55,493 nt of DNA. It comes from an uncultured Rickettsiales bacterium (GTDB lineage: Bacteria; Myxococcota_A; UBA796; UBA9615). Below, in pieces: positions 8,577 to 17,464 of this stretch. The stretch lies in NCBI GenBank assembly GCA_964492355.1, contig CAZBKF010000002.1:1-55493 (forward strand), in the 5' to 3' direction. Positions within the stretch are counted from its first letter, which is position 1. Every line of letters begins with the position of its first letter. A program made the position numbers and the translations under genes. The notes under the pieces were generated by a model. It was given only the letters and a program-made list of their open reading frames with translations. It ran no database searches and had not been told where the DNA came from.

Positions 8577-10526
8577 ATGAGTGACGACTCTCGCTACGAG
8601 GACTTCGGCGGCTACCAGCTGACCCACCTGCTTGGAAAAGGCGGGATGGCGAAGGTGTATCGCGCCGTGCGCTCGGGGCCGATGGGGTTCGTCAAGGAAG
8701 TCGCGATCAAGCGGATCCACGACTCCCTCGTCGACAACGAGGCGATGATCCACGGCCTGATCAACGAAGCGAGGATCGGAGGCCAGCTCAAGCACCCCAA
8801 CATCGTCGAGGTCTACGAGTTCAACAAGGTCGGCCAGGCCTACTACCTGGCCTTGGAGTTCGTGGACGGCTGGACCCTGGACCGGCTCGTGAAGCTGGCC
8901 AAGGACCAGAACATGCCCCTGCCGCCGTCGGTGATCCTCGAGATCGCTCGGAACATCTGCGACGGGCTGGACTACGCGCACAAGCTGGAGTCCCTGGACG
9001 GCAAGGCGGTCCGGCTGGTGCACCGGGATCTGAAGCCCGCCAACATCATCGTGAGCCGGTTCGGCGTCGCCAAGATCATGGACTTCGGCATCGCCAAGGC
9101 CGCGACGAACCTGTTCCACACGGCGGTCGCGGACGTCACCAAGGGCACGCCGCACTACATGTCCCCGGAGCAGGTGGCGGGGGATCGGGATCTCTCGGGC
9201 TCGTCGGACCTGTTCGCCCTGGGCGCGGTGCTGTACGAGCTGATCACCTCGAAGGTGCTGTTCCAGGGCGAGACGCTGCCCACGGTGCTGTTCAACGTGG
9301 TGCGGGCAGAGGTCGGGCCCCAGATCGCCGAGGCCGACCGGAAGCTGCCCGGCATCGCCCCGCTGCTCACCCGGCTCCTGTCGAAGAGCCCCGCCGAGCG
9401 ACCCACGGACGCGGCCGAGGTCTCCGCCGCGCTGAAGCGGCTGGCCAACGAGAAGTACATCGATGGGCCCCGGGTGCGGGACTACCTGTACGCCGTCCGG
9501 GACCGCATGCTGGTGGGCTCGGGCAAGACGGTGACGGGTCCGTCGAAGGCCGGGCCCGAGGCGTCGGTGGACGCTGGCGGCGAGCCGGAGTTCGCGACGA
9601 TCGTGGGCCCCATGGAGGACGCCCCGGAGGTGGACCTGGGGCTCGCCGAAGCCCGGGCTGCGGCCGACGCGGCCATCGGCGCGGGGGTGGTCTTCGGGGG
9701 CGGCGGCGAGGCGGTGGACCCGAGCGGGGCGACCCGAGCCGACAACGAGCTCGTGGACGAGGAGGAGACCGCTCAGCTGCACCAGCTCCCCGAGGAGCAG
9801 GGTCCGAGCACCCCCGTCCTGACGAATCCGAACCAGAAGGAGACCCGCCGCGTCCCCGGCCCGACGCGTCGGATGAAGAAGAAGCCGGCGAAGAAGACAT
9901 GGTCAACGCCGCTCCTCATCCTGGCGGCCGCGTTGGCCCTCGTGCTCGTCGGCACGGTGGGCTGGATCATCAAGATGTCGCTGGACGAGGAGACGCCGGA
10001 CGCGATCGTCGAGGTGTCGGATCCCACCGCCGCTCCGGCAGATCCCGGGGGCCTGGACTTCCCGGAGCCCGCGACCGCCGCGGTGACGGTCGAGCCGAAG
10101 ACCCCGCGAGCCGAGCCGTCCACGCCGAAGGCCGAGCCGGTCACGGCCGCGCCGGAGCCCGTCACGGCGTCCGAGCCCACGCCCATCCCAGACCTGCCCA
10201 CGCCCGAGCCCACGCCGGAGCCCACGCCGGAGCCCACGCCCGAGCCCGCGACGCCGGAGCGGGTGGCGGTGGTCGAGCCCAAGGGCGAGGGCACCCTGTC
10301 CATCAAGACCAGCAACCCCTACGCCCGGGTGGTGATCGACGGCACGGACACGGGCAAGATGACTCCGGTGATGCGCCTCAAGCTCCGGGCCGGGCCACAC
10401 GACGTCGTGCTCGTCGCCGTTGACATGGCCAACAAGCGCAGCAAACCCCACAAGTTCGTGCTCGAAGACGGGCAGAACCTGAAGCTCGGCCACTACGACT
10501 TCCATTCGGACAACTGGAGCGACTGA
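8577..10526 (+). CDS. Ser/Thr protein kinase with TM segment, Pro-rich linker and C-terminal PEGA-like domain
   Basis: Hanks kinase motifs are present: GKGGMAKVY, AIK, HRDLKPANI, DFGIAK, GTPHYMSPE. The TM segment is LLILAAALALVLVGTVGWII and the linker contains (TPEP)4. The C-terminus GTLSIKTSNPYARVVIDGTDTGKMTP resembles a PEGA domain. Confidence 0.9.
   Translation: MSDDSRYEDFGGYQLTHLLGKGGMAKVYRAVRSGPMGFVKEVAIKRIHDSLVDNEAMIHGLINEARIGGQLKHPNIVEVYEFNKVGQAYYLALEFVDGWTLDRLVKLAKDQNMPLPPSVILEIARNICDGLDYAHKLESLDGKAVRLVHRDLKPANIIVSRFGVAKIMDFGIAKAATNLFHTAVADVTKGTPHYMSPEQVAGDRDLSGSSDLFALGAVLYELITSKVLFQGETLPTVLFNVVRAEVGPQIAEADRKLPGIAPLLTRLLSKSPAERPTDAAEVSAALKRLANEKYIDGPRVRDYLYAVRDRMLVGSGKTVTGPSKAGPEASVDAGGEPEFATIVGPMEDAPEVDLGLAEARAAADAAIGAGVVFGGGGEAVDPSGATRADNELVDEEETAQLHQLPEEQGPSTPVLTNPNQKETRRVPGPTRRMKKKPAKKTWSTPLLILAAALALVLVGTVGWIIKMSLDEETPDAIVEVSDPTAAPADPGGLDFPEPATAAVTVEPKTPRAEPSTPKAEPVTAAPEPVTASEPTPIPDLPTPEPTPEPTPEPTPEPATPERVAVVEPKGEGTLSIKTSNPYARVVIDGTDTGKMTPVMRLKLRAGPHDVVLVAVDMANKRSKPHKFVLEDGQNLKLGHYDFHSDNWSD
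10200..10247 (+). repeat. 4 x 12-nt coding tandem repeat (TPEP)4
   Basis: acgcccgagccc / acgccggagccc / acgccggagccc / acgcccgagccc. Confidence 0.9.
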
Positions 10527-12181
10527 TGTCGGCCCAACGCCTGCTTATCTGCCTGATCCTGTTCGCGCTCCTGGCGCCGTCGTCGGCCTTCGCGAAGAAG
10601 AAGAAGGTCGTCGAAGAAGAGGTCACCCCCGTCAACGACAAGGCGATCCTCGTCTTCGGCGGGCCGGCCACCCAGGAGGACCTGACGCCCCTGGCCATCA
10701 AGGCCCTCGAGGGCCGCCTGGAGGAGGGTGAGCCGCTGCCGTCGCGCACCCTGAGCGTGGCCGACTGGATGGGCTCGGCGCGCTTCCGGATCGGCGGCAG
10801 CGCCCAGGACCTGGCCTGCACCGCGCCTCCTCCCAAGATCAAGTTCGACCCCAACAAGGAGACCGAGATCGAGGCGACGAACCGGGAGGCGAACGTGCTC
10901 CTGAACGACCTCGAGCCCGAGAAGTCCCTCGAGTTCTTCGGAGTCGCCCAGAACCGGTTGGCCTGCCAGAACGTCTACCTGGACCAGGACTCGTTCTGGG
11001 AGAGCTACTTCTACGCCGGCATCGCGGCCTTCTACACCGGGGACAGTCAGCTCGCCCGCGCCCACTTCCGCCAGGCCGCGGCCATCGCCCCGGAGCGGCA
11101 GTGGGACGCGTCCTACCCGCCCGAGCCCCAGTCCACGTTCCTCTCGGCCGTCCAGGACGTGGTGGCTCGCCCCAAGGGGAAGATCTGGGGTGATCTGCGG
11201 GAGACGAACTACCGGGAGGTCTGGCTCGACGGTCGCCCCCTGGATCTGACCAAGGCCTTCGAGCAGGAGGTCTACGCCGGCAAGCACCTCATCCAGGCCG
11301 TCGACGACGACGGCAAGTGGGCCACCTGGTACTACGACATCCGCGAAGGAGCCTCGCTCACCCTGTTCTCTGCCAAGGGTCTGCAGGAGCTCGTGCTCGC
11401 CGGCGCCGACGGTGTGCTGCGCGGCGTCGCCAGGTCCACCCTGACCAAGAAGACCCGGGCCGAGGGCCTCGAGGATGCCTTCATCATCCGCCTGGACGAG
11501 GACGGCGAACCCACGACTGTCTGGCAGTTCACGCGTCGCGGCGCGGTCTGGGCACGGCTGGAGCGCTCGGAGACGGGCCTCGTCACGCGCACCCAGGTGG
11601 CCGCCGAGGAGGTCCTGACCCCCGAGGAGCGCAACCGCCGCGCCTTCCTGCGCAAGCCCGACTACCGCTCCAGCGTCGCGGTCGGCTTCAAGTTCATGAA
11701 CCTGTATCGCTGTGGCCCAGCGGTGGCGACAGCGGTGTCGGGCGTCGACTTCTGCCCCAGCGGACACAAGCGCCAGAACAACTACCTGGGCGGCCTCATC
11801 GGCATCGACGTCAACCTGATCCAGGGGCTCAACCTGGACTTCCGGTTCGGGACCACCGTCACCGACTTCCGGGCCGGCGGCACGCTCCTGCCGGAGTTCA
11901 CGGTCGGACTTCGCTACCGCTTCCTGCAGGGGGTCATGCAGCCGTTCATCGCGGTGGCCGCAGACCTGCTGTTCGGGCTCTACCGGGACACCGAGACCTC
12001 ACCGGACCAGTTCACGCTGTACGTGGGGCCCCAGGGCTACGGCGGCGTCGAGTTCGAGTTCCCGGACGGGTTCCGGCTGAGCATCGAAGGGGGCGGCGGG
12101 ATCATCCTCACCGGCGACGGCACCTCGCAGAGGTGGCCTATGGGTCACCTGATGCTGTCGATTGGTCGGTTCCTGCCTTGA
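10526..12181 (+). CDS. Secreted protein, unknown function, possible C-terminal beta-barrel
   Basis: TGATG overlap with the kinase stop. Signal peptide MSAQRLLICLILFALLAPSSAFA. The C-terminal third has an alternating hydrophobic pattern (GLNLDFRFGTTV, FTVGLRYRF, GVEFEF). Confidence 0.7.
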   Translation: MSAQRLLICLILFALLAPSSAFAKKKKVVEEEVTPVNDKAILVFGGPATQEDLTPLAIKALEGRLEEGEPLPSRTLSVADWMGSARFRIGGSAQDLACTAPPPKIKFDPNKETEIEATNREANVLLNDLEPEKSLEFFGVAQNRLACQNVYLDQDSFWESYFYAGIAAFYTGDSQLARAHFRQAAAIAPERQWDASYPPEPQSTFLSAVQDVVARPKGKIWGDLRETNYREVWLDGRPLDLTKAFEQEVYAGKHLIQAVDDDGKWATWYYDIREGASLTLFSAKGLQELVLAGADGVLRGVARSTLTKKTRAEGLEDAFIIRLDEDGEPTTVWQFTRRGAVWARLERSETGLVTRTQVAAEEVLTPEERNRRAFLRKPDYRSSVAVGFKFMNLYRCGPAVATAVSGVDFCPSGHKRQNNYLGGLIGIDVNLIQGLNLDFRFGTTVTDFRAGGTLLPEFTVGLRYRFLQGVMQPFIAVAADLLFGLYRDTETSPDQFTLYVGPQGYGGVEFEFPDGFRLSIEGGGGIILTGDGTSQRWPMGHLMLSIGRFLP

Positions 12182-13199
12182 CCTTGGCGGGGGGCGCCGG
12201 GGGCGGGAGCTGCGGCGCCGTCATGGGGCCCAGCCAGCGCACGCGCTGGGCCGTCACGTAGGCGAGCTCCTTGCCCGCGCGGGTCTGGAACACCAGCTTC
12301 ACCACGTTGCCGGCGGACTCCTTGCTGAGTCGCTCGAACAGGCGCCGCGCTCCGACCCTCCGCGAGGCCTCGTCCTGGATCAGCCACTCGGGCTTCACCA
12401 GGATGTAGATCACGTCGGGGTGGCGGATGATGCCGAGCACCGGCACCTCGGTGTACTCCGACGCCGCCGGCAGCCCACCGCTCGGCTCGGGCGACAGGGT
12501 GTTGAGCAGGGTGATGGCCAGCACGACACTGGCGGCCATGAAGAGGATGATCTTCAGGGGCACCGCGGAGGTGAAGCTCCGCTTCCGGGGCGCTGCCTTC
12601 TTCGCCTCCTCGGCTTCTCGCTCCCGCCGCTCCCGCCGTTCCCGCTCCTGCTTGTGGCGCCGGTTCAGCACCGCATCGCGAACGTCCTCCTTGCGCTCCG
12701 CGAGGCGGCTCGTGTCCACCGACCGGTCCGTCAGCTGGGCCTGAAGCGAAGCCAGGTGCTTCTCGGCGGGCGAGGCGGAGTCCTCGTGTCCCTCGAGGAT
12801 CAGGTTGACGACGGTGACCATCTCCGCGACCCGGGTCAGGATCACGGGGCTGGGGCCTTCTGTCGGCAGGTGGTGATGCAGGGCCTGTTGACCCTGCAAG
12901 GTGAGGGCGAGGCCCAGGGCCCGGGCGGCCGCGGGCTGCAGCTCCGCCTCGGCCACGTCGGGCGCATCGATCGGGGGAACGAGCCCCCAGAGCTGGTCCG
13001 CCCCCGCCAGAAACTCCGAGCTCTCCTTGTCGCCGAAGTTCTTCGACTGGATCAGCCCGAGCAGATACGGCTCGGACACCATCCCCTTGCTCCACTCACC
13101 CATGAGCTGGACGTAGGTCGAGAGTCCGAGAGGCTCCGGAATCCGGGTGTCGGTCGACTCCACCGGGTCGTTCGCCTGGCTCTCGCGTTCTTCGCCCAC
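12138..13199 (-). CDS. Membrane protein, unknown function (charged coiled-coil segment + single TM)
   Basis: 353 aa with RRHKQERERRERREREAEEAKK followed by a TM segment (LKIILFMAASVVLAITLL). The opposite-strand ORF is Arg/Gly/His junk. The last ~14 codons have low GC3 because they overlap the convergent gene by 44 nt. Confidence 0.6.
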   Translation of the reverse strand: MGEERESQANDPVESTDTRIPEPLGLSTYVQLMGEWSKGMVSEPYLLGLIQSKNFGDKESSEFLAGADQLWGLVPPIDAPDVAEAELQPAAARALGLALTLQGQQALHHHLPTEGPSPVILTRVAEMVTVVNLILEGHEDSASPAEKHLASLQAQLTDRSVDTSRLAERKEDVRDAVLNRRHKQERERRERREREAEEAKKAAPRKRSFTSAVPLKIILFMAASVVLAITLLNTLSPEPSGGLPAASEYTEVPVLGIIRHPDVIYILVKPEWLIQDEASRRVGARRLFERLSKESAGNVVKLVFQTRAGKELAYVTAQRVRWLGPMTAPQLPPPAPPAKVKAGTDQSTASGDP

Positions 13200-13353
13200 T
13201 GGACGGCGCCCCTCCTGGCGGGATCGACCGAAGACGCGTGATAGGATCGCCTAGTCGCGGCCGAGTCTGCTTGTCTCCTCTGAGTCTACGGTAGAGCGAG
13301 GGTCCCCGCGAGGGGCGCCGGCACGGGTTCAGACCCTCGGCGTAGGAGGGTCC

Positions 13354-14202
13354 ATGTCCGAGTCCTCTCGGTCGGACGCCCAGGGGCGCTCGGCCAGCTA
13401 CCGCATCGAGGATCTCGACGCCGAAGCAGAGCTTCGTCGACTCGAGGCCCAGGTCCGCTTGGTGGTGCCCACCGAGCATCGTCTCTTGAAGGAGATCGGC
13501 GTTCGGCCCGAGTCGACGTTCGTCGACGTCGGCTGCGGCCCCGGCTTCTTCGCTGAGCGCGCGGCCCGAGAGCTGCTCGACAGCGGCGCCCGGGGCGGCC
13601 GGATGATCGGCGTGGATGTGGACGAGAAGCTGATCTGGCTCGCACGCAAGCGAGCTGAGGATCTGCGCCTGCCTCTGGAGTACGTGGTCGGGGCCGGCGC
13701 GGAGATCCCGCTGGACGACGGCGTGGCGGACGTGACCTACGCGCGCTTCCTGTTTCAGCACCTCGAGCATCCGATGGACGTGCTGACGCAGATGGTCCGA
13801 ATCACCCGTCCCGGCGGCCTCGTGGCGATCGTGGACACGGACGACGGCAGCCTGGTCATGCACCCCGAACCCGTCGGGTTCCGGCGCCTGGTGGACGCCA
13901 GCGGGCGCGCCCAGAACGCCCGGGGCGGAGACCGGCGAGTGGGCCGCAAGCTCAAGCGGTATCTGGCTGCGGCGGGCCTCGAAGACCCAGGCACCAAGGT
14001 GCACGCGTTCACGAGTGAAGACGTGGGCGTCGATCCCTTCATCGAGATCACGGTTGGCTTCAAGGCCGGGGTCCTGCGCCCGCCGTTCATCACCGCCGCG
14101 GAGATCCAGGAGACTGTCGACGACCTGGACCGTGTGCGGAACACCCCAGGGTTCTTTGGCCACGCGCTCGGCTACCTCGCGTGGGGGCGGAAGCCCACGT
14201 GA
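13354..14202 (+). CDS. Class I SAM-dependent methyltransferase
   Basis: Motif I VDVGCGPGFF, then IGVDVD and a LVIVDTD-like motif (LVAIVDTD). GGAGGG RBS 6 nt upstream of the ATG. Confidence 0.8.
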   Translation: MSESSRSDAQGRSASYRIEDLDAEAELRRLEAQVRLVVPTEHRLLKEIGVRPESTFVDVGCGPGFFAERAARELLDSGARGGRMIGVDVDEKLIWLARKRAEDLRLPLEYVVGAGAEIPLDDGVADVTYARFLFQHLEHPMDVLTQMVRITRPGGLVAIVDTDDGSLVMHPEPVGFRRLVDASGRAQNARGGDRRVGRKLKRYLAAAGLEDPGTKVHAFTSEDVGVDPFIEITVGFKAGVLRPPFITAAEIQETVDDLDRVRNTPGFFGHALGYLAWGRKPT

Positions 14203-16343
14203 CCCCAGCGGGGAAGGACCCCTGGCTCGAGTCCGAGCCTGAGCTGAGCGCGCGCCTGCTGCGGCCGATGCTGCGGTTCTACGAGAAGCGCTGGGGGCGG
14301 AGCTCCCTCGAGCAGTTCGCCAGCCGCATGGGCACGACGCTCGAGGTTCTCCAGGACAAGGACCGCTGGTTCTCCGTCGAGCGTTTCCTCGCCTTCATCC
14401 GTGCGATGGCGGCCGACACGGGAGACCCGGACATCGCCTACAAGGCGGGCCGCGCCTTCGTGGAGCCGGGGATCATCGGCGTCGAGGGGTACCTGATCCG
14501 CGCCCTGCTGACCCCTCGCGCGGTCTACGAGCAGGCGGCCGTGATCAGCGCGCGGTACTCACGGGTCACGGACTGGAAGTTCGACGTCCAGAGCCGCAAC
14601 AGAGCCACCGTGACCTTCCGCCCCAAGAGCCTGGACAAGGACGACTGGCACTTCTGCCGCAACCGGATCGGCACCCTCGAGGCGGTGCCCCTGGCGTTCG
14701 GGTTGCCCCAGGCCCACGTGGAGCACCCGGAGTGCCTGCACGACGGCGGCGAGAAGTGCGTCTACCTGCTGCACTGGACGAACCTGTCTCGGTGGATCCG
14801 CCCGGCCCTCGGGCTCGCCGTGGTCTGCCTGCTGGTCGGAGCCGGTGCGGCCCTCTCAGGGGCCAGCTTCGGTCTGCCGGTGGCCCTGGCGGGGGGCGTG
14901 CTGGGCGCGGGGGCGACCCTGGGAGCCTTCGCCGCGAGCCGGCGCATCGTGACCCAGTCGGCCGAGATCGGGGACGGCCGCGTCGAGACGATGCAGACGC
15001 TCCTGGAGGAGAACAAGCGGCGCGTCGAGCAGCTGCTCCTGCTCCAGGCGGTGAACGAAGAGGTCGCCCGGCACCTCGAAGAGGAGCCCTTGATCGACGC
15101 CGTCCTGGACACGCTGGCCCGCTCCAGCACCTGGGAGCGCGCCATGGTGATGCTCGTGGACGAGGACGCCGGGTTCCTCCAGGACGCCCGGGTCCGGGGC
15201 TTCGCCGAGCCGGCCGCGAAGCGCCTCGGGGCGTTGAGGATCTCCCTCGCCCCGGACGGCGACGACGCCCGGCTGTTCGGCCACATCGTGCGCGACGGCA
15301 ACGCCGTGCTGATCGAGGACGTGGCCGAGTACGCGACGAACCTGAAGCCGGAGAACCGCAAGCTCCTGGAGGATCTGGGGAGCAGCTCACTGGTGGCGGT
15401 TCCGGTGGAAGCCCAGGGCGAGAAGCTGGCGCTCATCATCGTGGACCGGGTCGCCTCGGAGGTCCCCCTGGACACGAAGGACCGCGACCAGCTGCGGTCC
15501 GTGGCGGCGGCCCTGGGCAAGGCGCTGTCCAACGCGCGTCTCTTCGGGCGGGTGCGCCGCGAGCTGGCGAAGAACCAGAAGTTCACCCACTTCCTGCCCC
15601 CTCCGATCGTCGCGAAGATCCAGGACGACCCCGAGGCGGCCCTGCTCCTCGGCGGCACCCGGAAGTCGATGGCGGTGATGTTCTGCGATATCGCCGGCTT
15701 CACCCCGCTCACCGCGAGCTGCCCTCCGGAGGAGGTCGTGCGCGGCCTCAACGCCTGGTTCGCGATCTCGGATCCCGCCATCGAGGCGTGCGGGGGCATC
15801 GTCGACAAGCGCATGGGCGACGGGATCCTCGTGGTGTTCCTGGAGGAAGACAGCCCCGGACGTGATGGCCGACACCCGGTCGAGCGGGCCGCGGCCGCTG
15901 CGGTGGCCATGAGCCAGTCTCTCGAGGCGGCGGGCGCAGCCCTGACGAAGGTCGCTCCCGCGTTCGAGGGCATGAAGGTGCGCTGGGCCGTGCACTACGG
16001 CGAGGTGATCGCCGGCAACCTCGGCTCCCACAGCCGCATGGAGTACACCGTCATCGGCGACGCCGTGAACACCGCCTCCCGACTCGAGGAGCTCACCCCC
16101 GCCGACTCCGCCTGGTTCACCGGCGAGGCGGTCAAGGCGGTGCCCGGCCTGCTCACGAGCGCGGTGTTCGAGCAGGAGGTCACGCTCCGGGGCCGGGACA
16201 CGAGCACCGAGGTCTGGTCCATTCCCCTGGACGCGGCGGCCACCGCGACGGGCACCTGGCAGGCGGAAGACCTGGTGGGGTCGGCCACGGCCGCGGTGCT
16301 GACCTCGATGACGCTGCCGCCCATCAAGGACGACGAAGGCTAG
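14199..16343 (+). CDS. V4R-like sensor / TM / GAF / class III adenylate (or guanylate) cyclase
   Basis: The N-terminal domain ends HPECLHDGGEKCVYLLHW, which is V4R-like. TM helices and a GAF-like region follow. Cyclase motifs are MAVMFCDIAGFTPLT, GDGILVVF and EYTVIGDAVNTASRLE. GTG at 14199 overlaps the methyltransferase stop (GTGA); the track start at 14181 is an alternative. Confidence 0.85.
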   Translation: MTPAGKDPWLESEPELSARLLRPMLRFYEKRWGRSSLEQFASRMGTTLEVLQDKDRWFSVERFLAFIRAMAADTGDPDIAYKAGRAFVEPGIIGVEGYLIRALLTPRAVYEQAAVISARYSRVTDWKFDVQSRNRATVTFRPKSLDKDDWHFCRNRIGTLEAVPLAFGLPQAHVEHPECLHDGGEKCVYLLHWTNLSRWIRPALGLAVVCLLVGAGAALSGASFGLPVALAGGVLGAGATLGAFAASRRIVTQSAEIGDGRVETMQTLLEENKRRVEQLLLLQAVNEEVARHLEEEPLIDAVLDTLARSSTWERAMVMLVDEDAGFLQDARVRGFAEPAAKRLGALRISLAPDGDDARLFGHIVRDGNAVLIEDVAEYATNLKPENRKLLEDLGSSSLVAVPVEAQGEKLALIIVDRVASEVPLDTKDRDQLRSVAAALGKALSNARLFGRVRRELAKNQKFTHFLPPPIVAKIQDDPEAALLLGGTRKSMAVMFCDIAGFTPLTASCPPEEVVRGLNAWFAISDPAIEACGGIVDKRMGDGILVVFLEEDSPGRDGRHPVERAAAAAVAMSQSLEAAGAALTKVAPAFEGMKVRWAVHYGEVIAGNLGSHSRMEYTVIGDAVNTASRLEELTPADSAWFTGEAVKAVPGLLTSAVFEQEVTLRGRDTSTEVWSIPLDAAATATGTWQAEDLVGSATAAVLTSMTLPPIKDDEG

Positions 16344-17413
16344 CCCGCCTTCGCGTTGGCGCCGGGCTGGCTCAGGCCGAGGGCTCGGGCCCGCTGCCAG
16401 TCGCGGCTGACCGCGTCCCTCAGGAGCAGGGCCTCATCGCCGATGACATCGATGCTCGAGATGTCGAGGGCGTCGCAGTCGAGCCACTGGAGCAGGATCG
16501 TGTCCCGGCCATCCAGGTCGGGCACATAGCCACCGAAGAAGAGCCCCGCCTCTTCGAGCAGGGGCAGGTGAGCTGCGACCTCGGGCACGTCCAGGGGGAG
16601 CAGCACGCTGATGTGCTCCATGTGGCCCCCAGCCATCCACATCACCTTGTCCATCACCGCCGACACGAAGTCCTCGTGCGCCGCGCGCACGTGCAGCACT
16701 CCCCGTCGCCGGGAGGGCTCGAACCAGGTGCGGATCACGCTCTCGCCCGGGGGCAGGGTCGCGGACTCGAGGCCCACCGACACCAGGTCGCGCCTCTGGT
16801 TGCTGTCCGAGAGGAGGTCGTGGAGGAACGGCGACCACTTCTCAGGAATGAAGGAGCGGCGGCTGTGCTCGGTGGTGGCCACGTGCATCAACAGCGTGGT
16901 CATGGGCTGGGGCTTGCGCTCGCTGTCGTGGATGACCCAGCCGGGCACGCCGCCCAGGAACATCGCGCCGGCCCGCCCCGCCATGCGTCGGGAGCTCCTC
17001 TGGGACATGAGGTGTCGGGTCAGGCATTTGGTGAAGATCGAGCGAAGGGCTGGGTTCACGGCCCGCTCGTTGGCGACGCACGCCATCGCCATGGCCCCCT
17101 GGATGGCCTTGCCCCGACGGTCCGGGTGCACGATCGACAGCCCCATCTCCACGCAGGTGGTCGGCTGGAGCTGCTCCTCGGTGGTGGCCATCTCGAACCA
17201 GGGGCGGATCGAGCCGAGGTGGCCGATGACCAGGCCCGTGTCGGAGTCGACGGCGAGCATGGACCGGATGAGCCCGCGCGCGTTCAGCTCGAGGAGCCGC
17301 TCGGGCTCGTACATGAAGCTGCGGTGATAGGTCAGGCCGTAGCCGGTGTAGACCAACTCCTGCAGACGCTTGGCGTCGTCGCGGTTGCGCAGAGGTCGTG
17401 TGTCGATTCCCAC
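16340..17413 (-). CDS. GNAT-like acetyltransferase family protein (probable tandem GNAT fold)
   Basis: 357 aa with a GTG start. The sequence around GLSIVHPDRRGKAIQGAMAMA resembles an acetyl-CoA-binding Q/RxxGxG/A motif. The functional call is weak. Confidence 0.5.
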   Translation of the reverse strand: MGIDTRPLRNRDDAKRLQELVYTGYGLTYHRSFMYEPERLLELNARGLIRSMLAVDSDTGLVIGHLGSIRPWFEMATTEEQLQPTTCVEMGLSIVHPDRRGKAIQGAMAMACVANERAVNPALRSIFTKCLTRHLMSQRSSRRMAGRAGAMFLGGVPGWVIHDSERKPQPMTTLLMHVATTEHSRRSFIPEKWSPFLHDLLSDSNQRRDLVSVGLESATLPPGESVIRTWFEPSRRRGVLHVRAAHEDFVSAVMDKVMWMAGGHMEHISVLLPLDVPEVAAHLPLLEEAGLFFGGYVPDLDGRDTILLQWLDCDALDISSIDVIGDEALLLRDAVSRDWQRARALGLSQPGANAKAG

Positions 17414-17464
17414 CGTCCCTACGTCATCGGAAGAGGTGGAAGGGACTTGAGCTTGCCGCGGGCT

